The translations under genes and the position numbers were made by a program. DNA of 64,000 nucleotides from a virus (lineage: Duplodnaviria; Caudoviricetes). The stretch covers positions 160,001-224,000 of IMG/VR virus record IMGVR_UViG_3300021979_000003; one strand, 5' to 3'. The notes under the pieces were generated by a model, which saw nothing but the letters and a program-made list of their open reading frames with translations, was not told the DNA's origin and ran no database searches. Shown here piece after piece: positions 18,344 to 27,362 of the stretch (positions are counted from its first letter, which is position 1; every line of letters begins with the position of its first letter).

Positions 18344-18780
18344 ACAAATCCCTTGAACTCTATGTCATCTTCGGTGACTTCAAAATATGCATTTAGATAT
18401 TCATCGAACTCATTTTTGCATTTAAAAACAACAACAAGACCATTCTCAAGGGTAAATCCCATGATCATATAGCTGTCACATTCATATGTGTCACCATCAT
18501 TAATATAACCTGTAATACCTTCTCGAACCATGTCATTAACCTTAGTTACGTGCTTTTTAACTTTCGATAAGAATGACATAGACTCCGATAGATCAATTTC
18601 TTTACCATCAACGGACTCAGTTACTTTGTTGCAACCACAATCACAATCAGAAGGGCAGTCACAAGGTTTTGTTCCATCGCAATCACATTTACTCTCTTCT
18701 ACTGATTCTTCACTTTCAGCTTCTTTCTTTTCGACCGATTTCATCATTCTCATGTAATCGCCCATTGTTTTACTTGACAT
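18340..18780 (-). CDS. acidic hypothetical protein with Cys-rich cluster
   Basis: CDCDGTKPCDCPSDCDCGC flanked by VEES/VTES/LSES motifs; GGAG RBS. Confidence 0.65.
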   Translation of the reverse strand: MSSKTMGDYMRMMKSVEKKEAESEESVEESKCDCDGTKPCDCPSDCDCGCNKVTESVDGKEIDLSESMSFLSKVKKHVTKVNDMVREGITGYINDGDTYECDSYMIMGFTLENGLVVVFKCKNEFDEYLNAYFEVTEDDIEFKGFV

Positions 18781-18792
18781 TATATTCTCCTT

Positions 18793-19287
18793 TTACTTCC
18801 CACATATATCTGCAAATGGTACTAAGTTATCGTCAAAAAATGTATCATAATCAAAAAAGTACCATCCTTTGTACTCCAAACCACGCTCTAGGTTTAGGTT
18901 TTCATTCTTCTCAATACAAATAAACTTCCCTTTTCTATTTACTTTTATTGCTATAATATTAATATCACCATCGTCAGCAGCATCATATGTTTGACCAATC
19001 CATGTATCTAGTTGGCTACAGTTACCTTGAAAAATCTGGTGAAATAGCAAGTCTGAGTAAAACTTACATTCCATGTTCATTCTATAAAAACTATCAGGTG
19101 GAGTAACATCACCTTTATGATGACGTGCTTGATTCTCGGTTAAAGAATCTTTTCTGAATCTATTGCTACCACCAGTGAATGCACCAGACCCAATAGTTCT
19201 AACAAAATTTTCACCATATCGTTCTGTTAAATCTTTTGCAATTTCCCTTTCAAATCCACTTCCTTTAGTTTTTTGTTTACTTGGCAT
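18793..19287 (-). CDS. Holliday junction resolvase, Hjc/T5-D14-like PD-(D/E)xK nuclease
   Basis: KTKGSGFEREIAKDL...R..GSGAF...GDVTPP...MECKFY; TATAAATA at 19309-19316. Confidence 0.8.
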   Translation of the reverse strand: MPSKQKTKGSGFEREIAKDLTERYGENFVRTIGSGAFTGGSNRFRKDSLTENQARHHKGDVTPPDSFYRMNMECKFYSDLLFHQIFQGNCSQLDTWIGQTYDAADDGDINIIAIKVNRKGKFICIEKNENLNLERGLEYKGWYFFDYDTFFDDNLVPFADICGK

Positions 19288-19308
19288 AATACTTCCTCTT
19301 AAAAATAA

Positions 19309-19316
19309 TATTTATA
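19309..19316 (-). promoter_or_regulatory. late promoter
   Basis: TATAAATA on the minus strand upstream of 19287. Confidence 0.6.
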
Positions 19317-19417
19317 CCTTGAAAAATATACAGTTAATCCGATATATACTATTGAGGGCGCTCAACGGTAGGCTCTCCACAACTATATTTCTAGCTTAAA
19401 CGTAAGGAGAATATATT

Positions 19418-19885
19418 ATGACAAATAAAATGCCTAGAAGAATAACAAGCGACATGCTTTTTGATAACTCATTTAAAGATTTATTTAATATCTTTGATAG
19501 TGCACCTGCTTTTGGTATGAACAAAAGTGTGCCTCCATACCCACATTTTAACTTGACTAACCTAGACGAAGATGGACGCTATACAGTAGAAGTGGCTCTT
19601 GCTGGATTTGATAAAGATGATATTGCTGTTCGTTTTGAACCATATCAACAAAATCCAAACAGTGGTGTAAAAGTTCTTAAAATAGAAGCTTTACATAGCC
19701 ATAGCGAAGAAGAGGAAGGTTCTGGATACCTTCATCAAGGTATCGCAAAAAGGGATGCTAAGTTGTCTTTACTAACACATAAAACCGATAAGGTTGAGAA
19801 CTGTACTTATGAAAATGGTGTATTGTATATAACCATTAAAAAGACCGAGCCTGATAGTCAGGTCGAAAACATAGATATAATGTAA
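19418..19885 (+). CDS. small heat-shock protein (Hsp20/IbpA family)
   Basis: PPYPHFNL...YTVEVALAGFDKDDI...YLHQGIAKR...ENGVLYITI. Confidence 0.9.
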   Translation: MTNKMPRRITSDMLFDNSFKDLFNIFDSAPAFGMNKSVPPYPHFNLTNLDEDGRYTVEVALAGFDKDDIAVRFEPYQQNPNSGVKVLKIEALHSHSEEEEGSGYLHQGIAKRDAKLSLLTHKTDKVENCTYENGVLYITIKKTEPDSQVENIDIM

Positions 19886-19889
19886 AAAG

Positions 19890-19915
19890 AAAAAGAGGGC
19901 AATGCCCTCTTTTTT
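19890..19915. terminator. bidirectional intrinsic terminator
   Basis: AAAAAGAGGGC-AAT-GCCCTCTTTTTT between convergent genes. Confidence 0.85.
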
Positions 19916-20471
19916 ATTGTTCCAAGAACCTATGCTCTCCAACGTCTCCTACTAAAATATAATGCTCTGCCCATGATGGGTTTGCAGTTTTATAGTTATA
20001 GTAGTGAGTGGCTTCACCAACCAACGGCTCGTACAAATCATGGTATGCATAAAATGATGCCAAGATAGATTCCCTCCAAGCATTCTTTTCAAGAACATTC
20101 ACTTCACCTGACTTAGTATGAAGTTGAATAGTATCAGGGACACCATCACAATACCAGCTATACCAGCACTCGTTTTTAATTGGATTACCTTTTGAATCAA
20201 TATTAGAGCGCTTTACAATACCACAGACATTTGAATAACGGCGAAACTCACCTTCTTCGTCATGTACGCGATTCATTACCGCTTGGGCTACTGCCACCTT
20301 ACTCTCAAAATCTTCACCACGTGTTTCATGGTATGTATTGATAGTGAGACAGTAAAGCTCTTGTGCATACTGCGGTTCTGGTGAGTAATTATGCATTGGC
20401 TCTACGTCTGTAAGAAACGCCTGCCCAAAGATTGTAATCAAATTAAAAAACATAGCTTCTGCAAGATTCAT
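19914..20471 (-). CDS. SleB-like cell wall hydrolase (Hydrolase_2)
   Basis: CLTINTYHETRGE...AVAQAVMNRV...C.IV...WYSWYCDG...ATHYY...P.WA...GEHRF; start moved from 20483 to 20471. Confidence 0.85.
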   Translation of the reverse strand: MNLAEAMFFNLITIFGQAFLTDVEPMHNYSPEPQYAQELYCLTINTYHETRGEDFESKVAVAQAVMNRVHDEEGEFRRYSNVCGIVKRSNIDSKGNPIKNECWYSWYCDGVPDTIQLHTKSGEVNVLEKNAWRESILASFYAYHDLYEPLVGEATHYYNYKTANPSWAEHYILVGDVGEHRFLEQ

Positions 20472-20528
20472 AAGTCTCTCCATCAGTAATATAATTATTA
20501 TACTACCTTGGTTTTAAAATTACAATAC

Positions 20529-21002
20529 TTAGAGTGGTTTTGCTTCAATAGAAACGATTTCATACTCAATAGTATTGGGTCCAATATTGATTTCAAATGC
20601 GTCATCAACACGAAGCCCCATCATTTCACGTCCAACTGGACTAGTGTAACTAATCATGCCTTTCGAAGGATCGCTTTCTACACTACCTACGAGGCGGTAA
20701 ACAACTTCCTGATCTGTATCAATGTTAACAAGGGTTACGACAGAACCCACTGTTACTTTGTCCGTTTGAATAGTAGTGACATCAACGACTGTTGCATTAG
20801 ACATGATGTCTTTTAGTTCACTATATTGCTTTTGTAATGAATCATAACGCTGGTTATATTCATTGGTTTCTGTGTTGTCTTCGGTAGAAAGGGAGTTATC
20901 ACGAACCTCTTTCATTTCCACCATAACGTTTTTCATTTCTTCCTGTAGGGCGTCCATACGCTTTTTCAAAATACCAACACCATACTGTGTAATAACATTC
21001 AT
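20529..21002 (-). CDS. greA: GreA/GreB-family transcription elongation factor
   Basis: VITQYGVGILKKRMDAL coiled coil, DNTETNEY acidic tip, VTVGSVVTL...YRLVGSVESDPSKGMISYTSPVGREMMG C-domain; ATG 21002 follows GGAG. Confidence 0.85.
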   Translation of the reverse strand: MNVITQYGVGILKKRMDALQEEMKNVMVEMKEVRDNSLSTEDNTETNEYNQRYDSLQKQYSELKDIMSNATVVDVTTIQTDKVTVGSVVTLVNIDTDQEVVYRLVGSVESDPSKGMISYTSPVGREMMGLRVDDAFEINIGPNTIEYEIVSIEAKPL

Positions 21003-21039
21003 AAAGTTTTTCTCCAATTTAAAGATTATATTTATTGAA

Positions 21040-21858
21040 TTAAATCAATTTTAGATAATTTACAATTTCGGGTTTGATTTCTTCGTTAATAACGGTAAAC
21101 GATTCATCAAGTATGTCACTTTTCATTAATCTGAGAAGTGTTTTATTTTTAGATTGTTTCACTGATTCAATGAATGAATAGAAAGATTTGTTATAGTCTT
21201 CAATTGCAATCTTAAGCATTTCGTTTGTATTCTTTCCATCATTGACAATAGACGAAGTAAACGATTCAAGGTGGGTTTTACCTTCAGTTTCAACATTTTC
21301 ATCACGTAAGGATTCTAGTTCACCAATACTAGAATAGGTATACTCTAGTACTTCAAAAGCTAAACGTGCTATATCTTCACAGTCATACGATGAAATTTGA
21401 AACACTTTTGCTAGTTGTGGAGTGAATGCAATTAAAGCGGATACTTTTGCCACATTAGCGTCTTTTGTTGATGCATATATGGTATACCCAACGACGTTGA
21501 TTGCAAAAGACAAACCTTCTATTGCATCACCGGTTTCTGTCACATGTTTGAAATTCTGGTAGTATTCAGAATCCACATGAGAAGGAAATAGGAATTTAAA
21601 AATCTGTAGGAAGCGAAATACTTCATAACCATTTGGATCACCCTGCTTACTTACTACAGCTTGGGCTAGAATCCTTTTCTTATGGTTATTAAGAACAAAG
21701 AAACATGAATGCAAAATAAACTCATCGACCATTTCAGTTTCTGAGATAGATTTTTCAAACATATATGACGTGATTTTCGATTTGATGTTTTGTGGTGTCA
21801 GCCTTGCTGTATAAATCAGCTTGCCCCAAAAGTCTTTACTCTCTTCATTAAAATTCAT
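21040..21858 (-). CDS. hypothetical protein
   Basis: 272-aa ORF with GAGG RBS. Confidence 0.6.
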   Translation of the reverse strand: MNFNEESKDFWGKLIYTARLTPQNIKSKITSYMFEKSISETEMVDEFILHSCFFVLNNHKKRILAQAVVSKQGDPNGYEVFRFLQIFKFLFPSHVDSEYYQNFKHVTETGDAIEGLSFAINVVGYTIYASTKDANVAKVSALIAFTPQLAKVFQISSYDCEDIARLAFEVLEYTYSSIGELESLRDENVETEGKTHLESFTSSIVNDGKNTNEMLKIAIEDYNKSFYSFIESVKQSKNKTLLRLMKSDILDESFTVINEEIKPEIVNYLKLI

Positions 21859-21872
21859 ATAACAACCTCATT

Positions 21873-21896
21873 AAAAAAGAACCGCATTGCGGTTCT
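21873..21896 (-). terminator. intrinsic terminator
   Basis: AGAACCGC-AAT-GCGGTTCT plus T6 on the minus strand. Confidence 0.8.
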
Positions 21897-21929
21897 ATAA
21901 ACAAATAATTATCTCATGTCCTTATGGAA

Positions 21930-23159
21930 TCACTTCTTATCATAGATATCTGATTCTGTAACGTTATAGCCATTGTAACCTTTAACGTCCTGTAGGTCAA
22001 CCTTCATTCCATGAATTTCTCCGTTACGACCAACAACATAAATATTCTGAGAAGCCTTACCAGCAAGGTCTAGAGCATTCTGTGAATAGTTGTTTGATCC
22101 CGGCAGACCCGAAGACCTAGCAAATAGATCACTAATCACAGCACTGTGAATATGACCAAAGATTGTGTAGTTAATGAAAATACCTTTCTGAGCATATTGT
22201 CCATACTTTGCCGCAATCTTTTTATCAGTATCACGAGCAAAGCCATTGTGACCATGAAGTAGTAGAAACTTTTGACCAGCCACTTCAATAACTTTCTCCA
22301 CGAAAGTGTCATCAGGACCATGAAAGTATACACCTTTGCTACCTTTGAAAAGATAAGCTAGGGTATTGTATATTACAAAGTCGAAGTTGTCTTGTGCAAT
22401 TTCGTTAATCCAGCCCACGTCTTTTTCAATACGTGATTCATTACCAGTTACGTTAGCACACTCAACATTGAAGTCTTCGTTAATGTCTAGAATAGCTTGT
22501 TGAAGAATATCAACAGCAACGAATGTTGCATTAGCTCGGTTGGTCGCATTCAGTAGTAATTCATCAGGACGACGGTTAGAGTTCATTAGATCGCCTGTAA
22601 AGGCAAAGATGACCTTCGACACACCGTAAGCCTTAAACACCCTCTTAGCGTGTTGTACGTGCTTCTGGATACGCTTAGATGCAATGTCTACATCAAACTT
22701 GTTATTGGCAAGTAGAACTTGCTCGTTAATATGCAAGTCGCTTAGGTGTATCACACCCTCATACTCACCTTGTACATTTTGATGAACCTGAGTAAGACCA
22801 GAAAGATTTTTACTTTTAAATACCTTTAGTAGGCTTTCAGAGTATTCTTCTAGTGCATTTACAATCCTAGACTTCTCACGGAAATACTTTCTTTCAACTC
22901 GCATAACATCAGCTTGACGCTGTTTAGTTTTTGCTAGCTTGATCAAAGTATTTTTAATGTCGTCGTTAGGAGCTTTTTCAATTTGTTCGATCAGGTCTTG
23001 ATCTTCCTTACTAAACCCAACTTTCTTTAGTCCACGACGTAAAGTGGTTCTAGGAACACCAAGTTCTTTTGCGAGTTTACGGACTGATAAACCTTCTTCG
23101 GTTTTTAAACGGTCTGCGCACTCTTCAAAAAATTCATCACTATAATTTGATTTTGACAT
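21930..23159 (-). CDS. HTH plus calcineurin-like metallophosphoesterase
   Basis: N-terminal LSVRKLAKELGVPRTTLRR HTH; SDLH, GDL, GNE, HGH, GHIH motifs. Confidence 0.85.
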   Translation of the reverse strand: MSKSNYSDEFFEECADRLKTEEGLSVRKLAKELGVPRTTLRRGLKKVGFSKEDQDLIEQIEKAPNDDIKNTLIKLAKTKQRQADVMRVERKYFREKSRIVNALEEYSESLLKVFKSKNLSGLTQVHQNVQGEYEGVIHLSDLHINEQVLLANNKFDVDIASKRIQKHVQHAKRVFKAYGVSKVIFAFTGDLMNSNRRPDELLLNATNRANATFVAVDILQQAILDINEDFNVECANVTGNESRIEKDVGWINEIAQDNFDFVIYNTLAYLFKGSKGVYFHGPDDTFVEKVIEVAGQKFLLLHGHNGFARDTDKKIAAKYGQYAQKGIFINYTIFGHIHSAVISDLFARSSGLPGSNNYSQNALDLAGKASQNIYVVGRNGEIHGMKVDLQDVKGYNGYNVTESDIYDKK

Positions 23160-23200
23160 GAGATATTATTCTCCGATTTATTTTTGTAATAATTACAGAC

Positions 23201-23228
23201 ATACTATCATGGGATTGACATATGTCAA
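23201..23228 (-). promoter_or_regulatory. sigma70-type promoter with palindromic -35 region
   Basis: TTGACA-N16-TAGTAT with TGn extension; -35 lies within the perfect palindrome ATTGACATATGTCAAT (23214-23229). Confidence 0.6.
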
Positions 23229-23242
23229 TATATTTATCACAT

Positions 23243-23264
23243 AAAAAAGCCCCTTTTCGGGGCT
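23243..23264 (-). terminator. intrinsic terminator after the VWA gene
   Basis: AGCCCC-GAAAA-GGGGCT plus T5. Confidence 0.85.
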
Positions 23265-23281
23265 AATCGGAGCATTTTCGA

Positions 23282-24673
23282 TTAATTTGCATAATCGTCG
23301 TAATAGAGAGTAGTACCGAAGGGAGCTTTTACCTTATTGCTGATCGCATAGCGGTCATGAATAAGGAAAACCGTTTCACAGTACTCAGGATCGCCCCAAG
23401 AGTCCCATGGCATACCATCTGTGAGCATGATAAAGGTTTCAGGCTGAATATCTTCTTCTTCGAAGAACCTCCAACAGCACATGAAATCAGTACCACCACC
23501 ACCTTTCGGGTTGTATGACAGAAGGTCATCAATAGTGTCCTGTGTAAACTCTTCATAGTTGTACACCTTAGTATCGAAAGTGAAGATACCAATCTTGAAG
23601 GACATGAACGCGTCTGCAATAGAGTAGATTTCACTCAGGAAGTCCCGCAATTGCTCATTGCTCATAGAGCCAGAAGCATCGATACCAATGACAAAATCAA
23701 AGTGATCATCAACGGTCAGGCTTGGCAGCATGATACGCTGTGACATGTAACGACGGTTTAGACGCTTCCATGTGTAATCACTAGTAACCTGTGACTTGGC
23801 AGTTTCACGAACAATGTCACGCCAGTTCATTTTAGGTTCAACAAGCTGTTCGATTAGGCGTTCTACCTCGGCAGGAACCTTACCAGCCTTCTTGCCGACA
23901 TCAGCAGCCTGCATAATGGTAGACGTAATTTCGTTTTCGATTTCAGACGCTTCACTTTCGCTGATAGTCATAGAGCCACCAGAACCATCCTGATCGCCAT
24001 CACCGTCTTCACCGTCACCGGAACCATCACCAGATACGTCTACTTCAATATGATCATCGAAGTTACCACCGGCACCGGGGCCGCTACCAGCATTGCCAGA
24101 ACCGCCACCTTCGCCGGAACCACCGCCGCCGTTTTGCTGAGCTTGTTGGTACAGTTCTTCATACAGGTCTTCAGTTGTACGGTTACCATAGCTTTCTTCG
24201 TACAGGCCACCTACGGAAGGGAAACGACCAACATTATCACGTACAAGAATGTAGTTAATGATGTAGTCACCTGCATAGTTCCAGATTTTCGGATCACGCT
24301 TACCACGACGTGTAAGGTGGCGAAGAACACAATGCATAACCTCGTGTGCTACAAGAAACACAAGCTCTTCGTCATCCAGAGCATCAATGAAGCACGGATT
24401 GTAATAGAAGTTGCGGCCATCTACAGCGGCAGTTTTAATAACCTTGTGGTCCTTCTCAACGCCTTTAAGCTGTAGGTTAATTGCGATAGTGCCATAGAAA
24501 GGCTCTTTCTGTAGTAGACGAATACGGGTTACAAGAAGACGAGAATGAACCGCACGTTCATCAACATCCTTTTCGTAATCGACTTCTTTGGTTGCTTCAC
24601 CAATCTTGGCATGAAGCATTGCCGATTTGTTACTTAGTACGTTATGCATAGTTATCTCCAACTTTTGTTTCAA
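23282..24673 (-). CDS. metallopeptidase-like plus VWA domain protein (DUF2201-type MoxR partner)
   Basis: TAAVDG...YN..F...L...HEVMH (HExxH), WNYAGDY.IN, Gly/Asp linker, IDASGSM (MIDAS), GGGGTDF, LTDG. Confidence 0.85.
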   Translation of the reverse strand: MKQKLEITMHNVLSNKSAMLHAKIGEATKEVDYEKDVDERAVHSRLLVTRIRLLQKEPFYGTIAINLQLKGVEKDHKVIKTAAVDGRNFYYNPCFIDALDDEELVFLVAHEVMHCVLRHLTRRGKRDPKIWNYAGDYIINYILVRDNVGRFPSVGGLYEESYGNRTTEDLYEELYQQAQQNGGGGSGEGGGSGNAGSGPGAGGNFDDHIEVDVSGDGSGDGEDGDGDQDGSGGSMTISESEASEIENEITSTIMQAADVGKKAGKVPAEVERLIEQLVEPKMNWRDIVRETAKSQVTSDYTWKRLNRRYMSQRIMLPSLTVDDHFDFVIGIDASGSMSNEQLRDFLSEIYSIADAFMSFKIGIFTFDTKVYNYEEFTQDTIDDLLSYNPKGGGGTDFMCCWRFFEEEDIQPETFIMLTDGMPWDSWGDPEYCETVFLIHDRYAISNKVKAPFGTTLYYDDYAN

Positions 24674-24710
24674 CTACTATGGTGTATTTAAACATAGTTT
24701 AGACTTGATG

Positions 24711-24968
24711 TCAAACTACTTTGCAAATAATGGCATCTTCAGCCACACGATAAACGGTTTCATCAACAACATCATCTAACTTTTTCACAGCATCGGAAAA
24801 CCAGATAATGTCACCTTCTTTAATAAACTCAAGGTCAGGTCCAACACTTAGAACCTCACCCCTTAGATTTTTCTTATCAGTCAAATCTACGTGAATGATA
24901 GTATCATCCTCATAGTCGTCAACTAATTTTACAATACAATGATTCTGCAACGCTTTCAAATGCGACAT
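24711..24968 (-). CDS. groES: co-chaperonin GroES/Cpn10
   Basis: LKALQNHCIVK...RGEVLSVGP...IKEGDII.F...V.EDAIICKV. Confidence 0.75.
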   Translation of the reverse strand: MSHLKALQNHCIVKLVDDYEDDTIIHVDLTDKKNLRGEVLSVGPDLEFIKEGDIIWFSDAVKKLDDVVDETVYRVAEDAIICKVV

Positions 24969-24980
24969 TTTATACCTCTA

Positions 24981-25847
24981 TTATTGTAGTCGTTTTGTAC
25001 TTAAATCAATTACTTTTTCTTCTTTGTTCAGGCACCCAAATTTATCTTTAGAATACTTCACACCATCAACCTTGTCGTAAACTTCAATGTTCATGCTCAA
25101 AGACTCAAAAGTTTCAATAATGAAATCTTCAAGCGGCTCAAGTGGTGCGTTATGGTCCTTATAGATATATCGTGCCAAATCAGGGAATCTCAATGCGGCA
25201 TCCCTTTTACAGAATACATCTATGTCATGCACCAGTCCGTACAACTGGATAAACATAAACGCAATATCCTTTACAATTTCAACATCAGGTAACTTTTTGT
25301 TAAAAGTTTCTACTGAAGAAATTCCATTTTGAGATACCACCTTAAGAATAAATTCAAGTCTTTCTTTAAAAGAACCTTTCTTAAGAAGATATTTAACTTC
25401 TTCCCTATAAGAAGTTCTGGATAAAAATGTCAGAAGCGTTCGAACTACTTTGACAATCTTAAATGAAACATTTTGTTCAAGCTTGAGCTTAATAGGATTT
25501 TTCCCATAAAGCACATTGTTGTTATAAGCATGATGATCAAATGTGTAATAAAGAGCGTTGTTACACTCTTCAAGATCATCGTATTCACACCAATCTACTA
25601 CACCATCCTTCGATATATGGATGAATGAAAAATCAACGGTCTTATCAGAGTTTGAAAATTGTCCTGAATAGCGAAGAGTATAATCAATAGTTTCATGAAT
25701 TTCATCCATCATGATACGGTCATCTTCATCATCCATATCAGGTACACGACTAAGACCAATGAAAACATCAATATCATCAGAATCGTTCGAGCCGTATCGG
25801 TAAATTCCAGTTATGTCTAGTTCTGTTTGTTGGATCATAATAGTCAT
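24981..25847 (-). CDS. putative pol-beta-superfamily nucleotidyltransferase
   Basis: YRYGSNDSDDIDVFI (GS...DxD) signature. Confidence 0.55.
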   Translation of the reverse strand: MTIMIQQTELDITGIYRYGSNDSDDIDVFIGLSRVPDMDDEDDRIMMDEIHETIDYTLRYSGQFSNSDKTVDFSFIHISKDGVVDWCEYDDLEECNNALYYTFDHHAYNNNVLYGKNPIKLKLEQNVSFKIVKVVRTLLTFLSRTSYREEVKYLLKKGSFKERLEFILKVVSQNGISSVETFNKKLPDVEIVKDIAFMFIQLYGLVHDIDVFCKRDAALRFPDLARYIYKDHNAPLEPLEDFIIETFESLSMNIEVYDKVDGVKYSKDKFGCLNKEEKVIDLSTKRLQ

Positions 25848-25892
25848 CCTTTTTTTAATATCTTACTATAGTTATACTTTTTAAGCAAGTAT

Positions 25893-25918
25893 AAAAAAGG
25901 GAACCTTAAGGTTCCCTT
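25893..25918 (-). terminator. intrinsic terminator after MoxR
   Basis: AAAGGGAACC-TTAA-GGTTCCCTTTTTT. Confidence 0.85.
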
Positions 25919-25993
25919 TAAGTTTGGCATTCTGACATGCTTTACAGCATATCGAGAATGTCCTGATGACGGTCCAGCAGAGTAGACAGAGAG

Positions 25994-27265
25994 TCACAGG
26001 TGATCAATGTCAAGCTCGTACTGATCCAGAGCGATAGTAGCACCCATGATGATGAAATCTTCTTGGAATGCCATGTTTTCCATCAGGAAGTCAAGGTAGT
26101 GATTACCAAGCTTGCGCATTACGGAATCATACTTGTCTTCATCCTCATCCTTGGTACGACCCTGAAGGTCACGCATGACGTAGCACAGGTTGACGATCAG
26201 ACTGTAAGATGCAGACAGCTTAACATCCTCAAGGTTGAACTTCTTAACACGACCTTCCAGAATATCCATCACATCCGGCAGCTTACCGATGATTTCGATA
26301 GAAGCCAGCAGCGCAGCAGCGATACCAGTGCCTACCAGAGCCGCAACGTTACGAGTAACGAAAGCGTTGGATACAGACTTCTGAATACGACCGTTCTCAT
26401 CAGAGATAGACCACAGGAAGTCAGAGACGAAAGACCAGCTACGCGGAGTAGCGAAGGCATATGCAGCCTTGTTCTTCGCATCGAACTCGTTCAGATGTCC
26501 ACGGTTACCCTTGATGTAACCAACAACTACAGGGTGAATACGTGCGCCTACAGCCCAATCCAGCCATGCATCAGCATCAACCTCTAGGGTACGGTGACCA
26601 AAGCGGTTACGCAGCGGAGTAGGCATTGAGAAGTGCTGTGTAGCATCTTCTGCACGGTTACCGGCAGCTACGATAGCAACACCGTCAGCAAGCTCGTAAG
26701 TACCGATACGGCGCTCAAGTACAAGCTGTAGTGCAGCCGCCTGTACGGCAGGAGTAGCACTTGAAAGCTCGTCAAGCAGTACGATTGCCTTACCCTGAAT
26801 AACCAGATGCATCAGGTAGGACTTTTCAGTATCGTCAAGGTCTTCGTCAGCCTGCACCTTACGCATTACAGAGTTGATCTGATATACGTCAGGCTCTTGC
26901 TCGGAAGGACTAACGACGTTATCACCGCCGATTGCACGAAGGTACGCGCTAAGCTCTTGCTTGGAAGGCGGCAGTTCATCAGGAGCCGCGTAAAGCATAC
27001 GCTTGTGTTCTTCGTTGTAGTACGGAATACCAGAAAGATCAGTAGGGTCTTTCAGAAGTAGACGAATGTCGATAACGGGACGGTCAAGCTCATCACCAAC
27101 TTGGCGAATAACTTCCGACTTACCTACACCCGGCTGGCCCCAGATCATCATAGGCTGCGGACGACGACCCATTTTAGGCATGGTATCGATGGCGTGAATG
27201 ATGTCTTCCTTTAGTTGTACAGTAGTAACAACCGGATGAGTGTAATTGTTGTCTTTCTTAGCCAT
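25994..27265 (-). CDS. MoxR-family AAA+ ATPase; C-terminus probably extends to 25942 via a frameshift
   Basis: WGQPGVGKS (Walker A), VIDIRL, VLLDELSSA (Walker B), AAGNR, PLRNRF, FATPRSW. Confidence 0.9.
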   Translation of the reverse strand: MAKKDNNYTHPVVTTVQLKEDIIHAIDTMPKMGRRPQPMMIWGQPGVGKSEVIRQVGDELDRPVIDIRLLLKDPTDLSGIPYYNEEHKRMLYAAPDELPPSKQELSAYLRAIGGDNVVSPSEQEPDVYQINSVMRKVQADEDLDDTEKSYLMHLVIQGKAIVLLDELSSATPAVQAAALQLVLERRIGTYELADGVAIVAAGNRAEDATQHFSMPTPLRNRFGHRTLEVDADAWLDWAVGARIHPVVVGYIKGNRGHLNEFDAKNKAAYAFATPRSWSFVSDFLWSISDENGRIQKSVSNAFVTRNVAALVGTGIAAALLASIEIIGKLPDVMDILEGRVKKFNLEDVKLSASYSLIVNLCYVMRDLQGRTKDEDEDKYDSVMRKLGNHYLDFLMENMAFQEDFIIMGATIALDQYELDIDHL

Positions 27266-27309
27266 AATATTGCTCCTGTTTACAATTTGATTTGCGATTT
27301 GTGTGAACC

Positions 27310-27339
27310 ATTATAAGGCTTAACTCTTCGATCTGTCAA
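27310..27339 (-). promoter_or_regulatory. consensus sigma70 promoter for the MoxR operon
   Basis: TTGACA-N18-TATAAT. Confidence 0.75.
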
Positions 27340-27362
27340 CACCCTTTTGAAAACTTTTTCTG

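Noticed and set aside
18330-18354. Inverted repeat at the junction of convergent ORFs
   Set aside because: It is an imperfect stem inside overlapping stop regions with no U-tract, at most a weak terminator.
17267-20483. Two ORFs both starting MERLM
   Set aside because: In both, ATGGAG is the Shine-Dalgarno of the downstream ATG, so the shared peptide is an over-extended start call.
26000-26587. 195-aa plus-strand ORF, and similar antisense ORFs at 24050, 26807, 32176, 52118 and 36502
   Set aside because: These are shadows of strongly codon-biased genes on the opposite strand; they have no RBS or motifs.
26790-26980. MoxR insertion as a mini-intein
   Set aside because: It is too short, with no N-terminal Cys and no His-Asn plus Cys/Ser/Thr junction.
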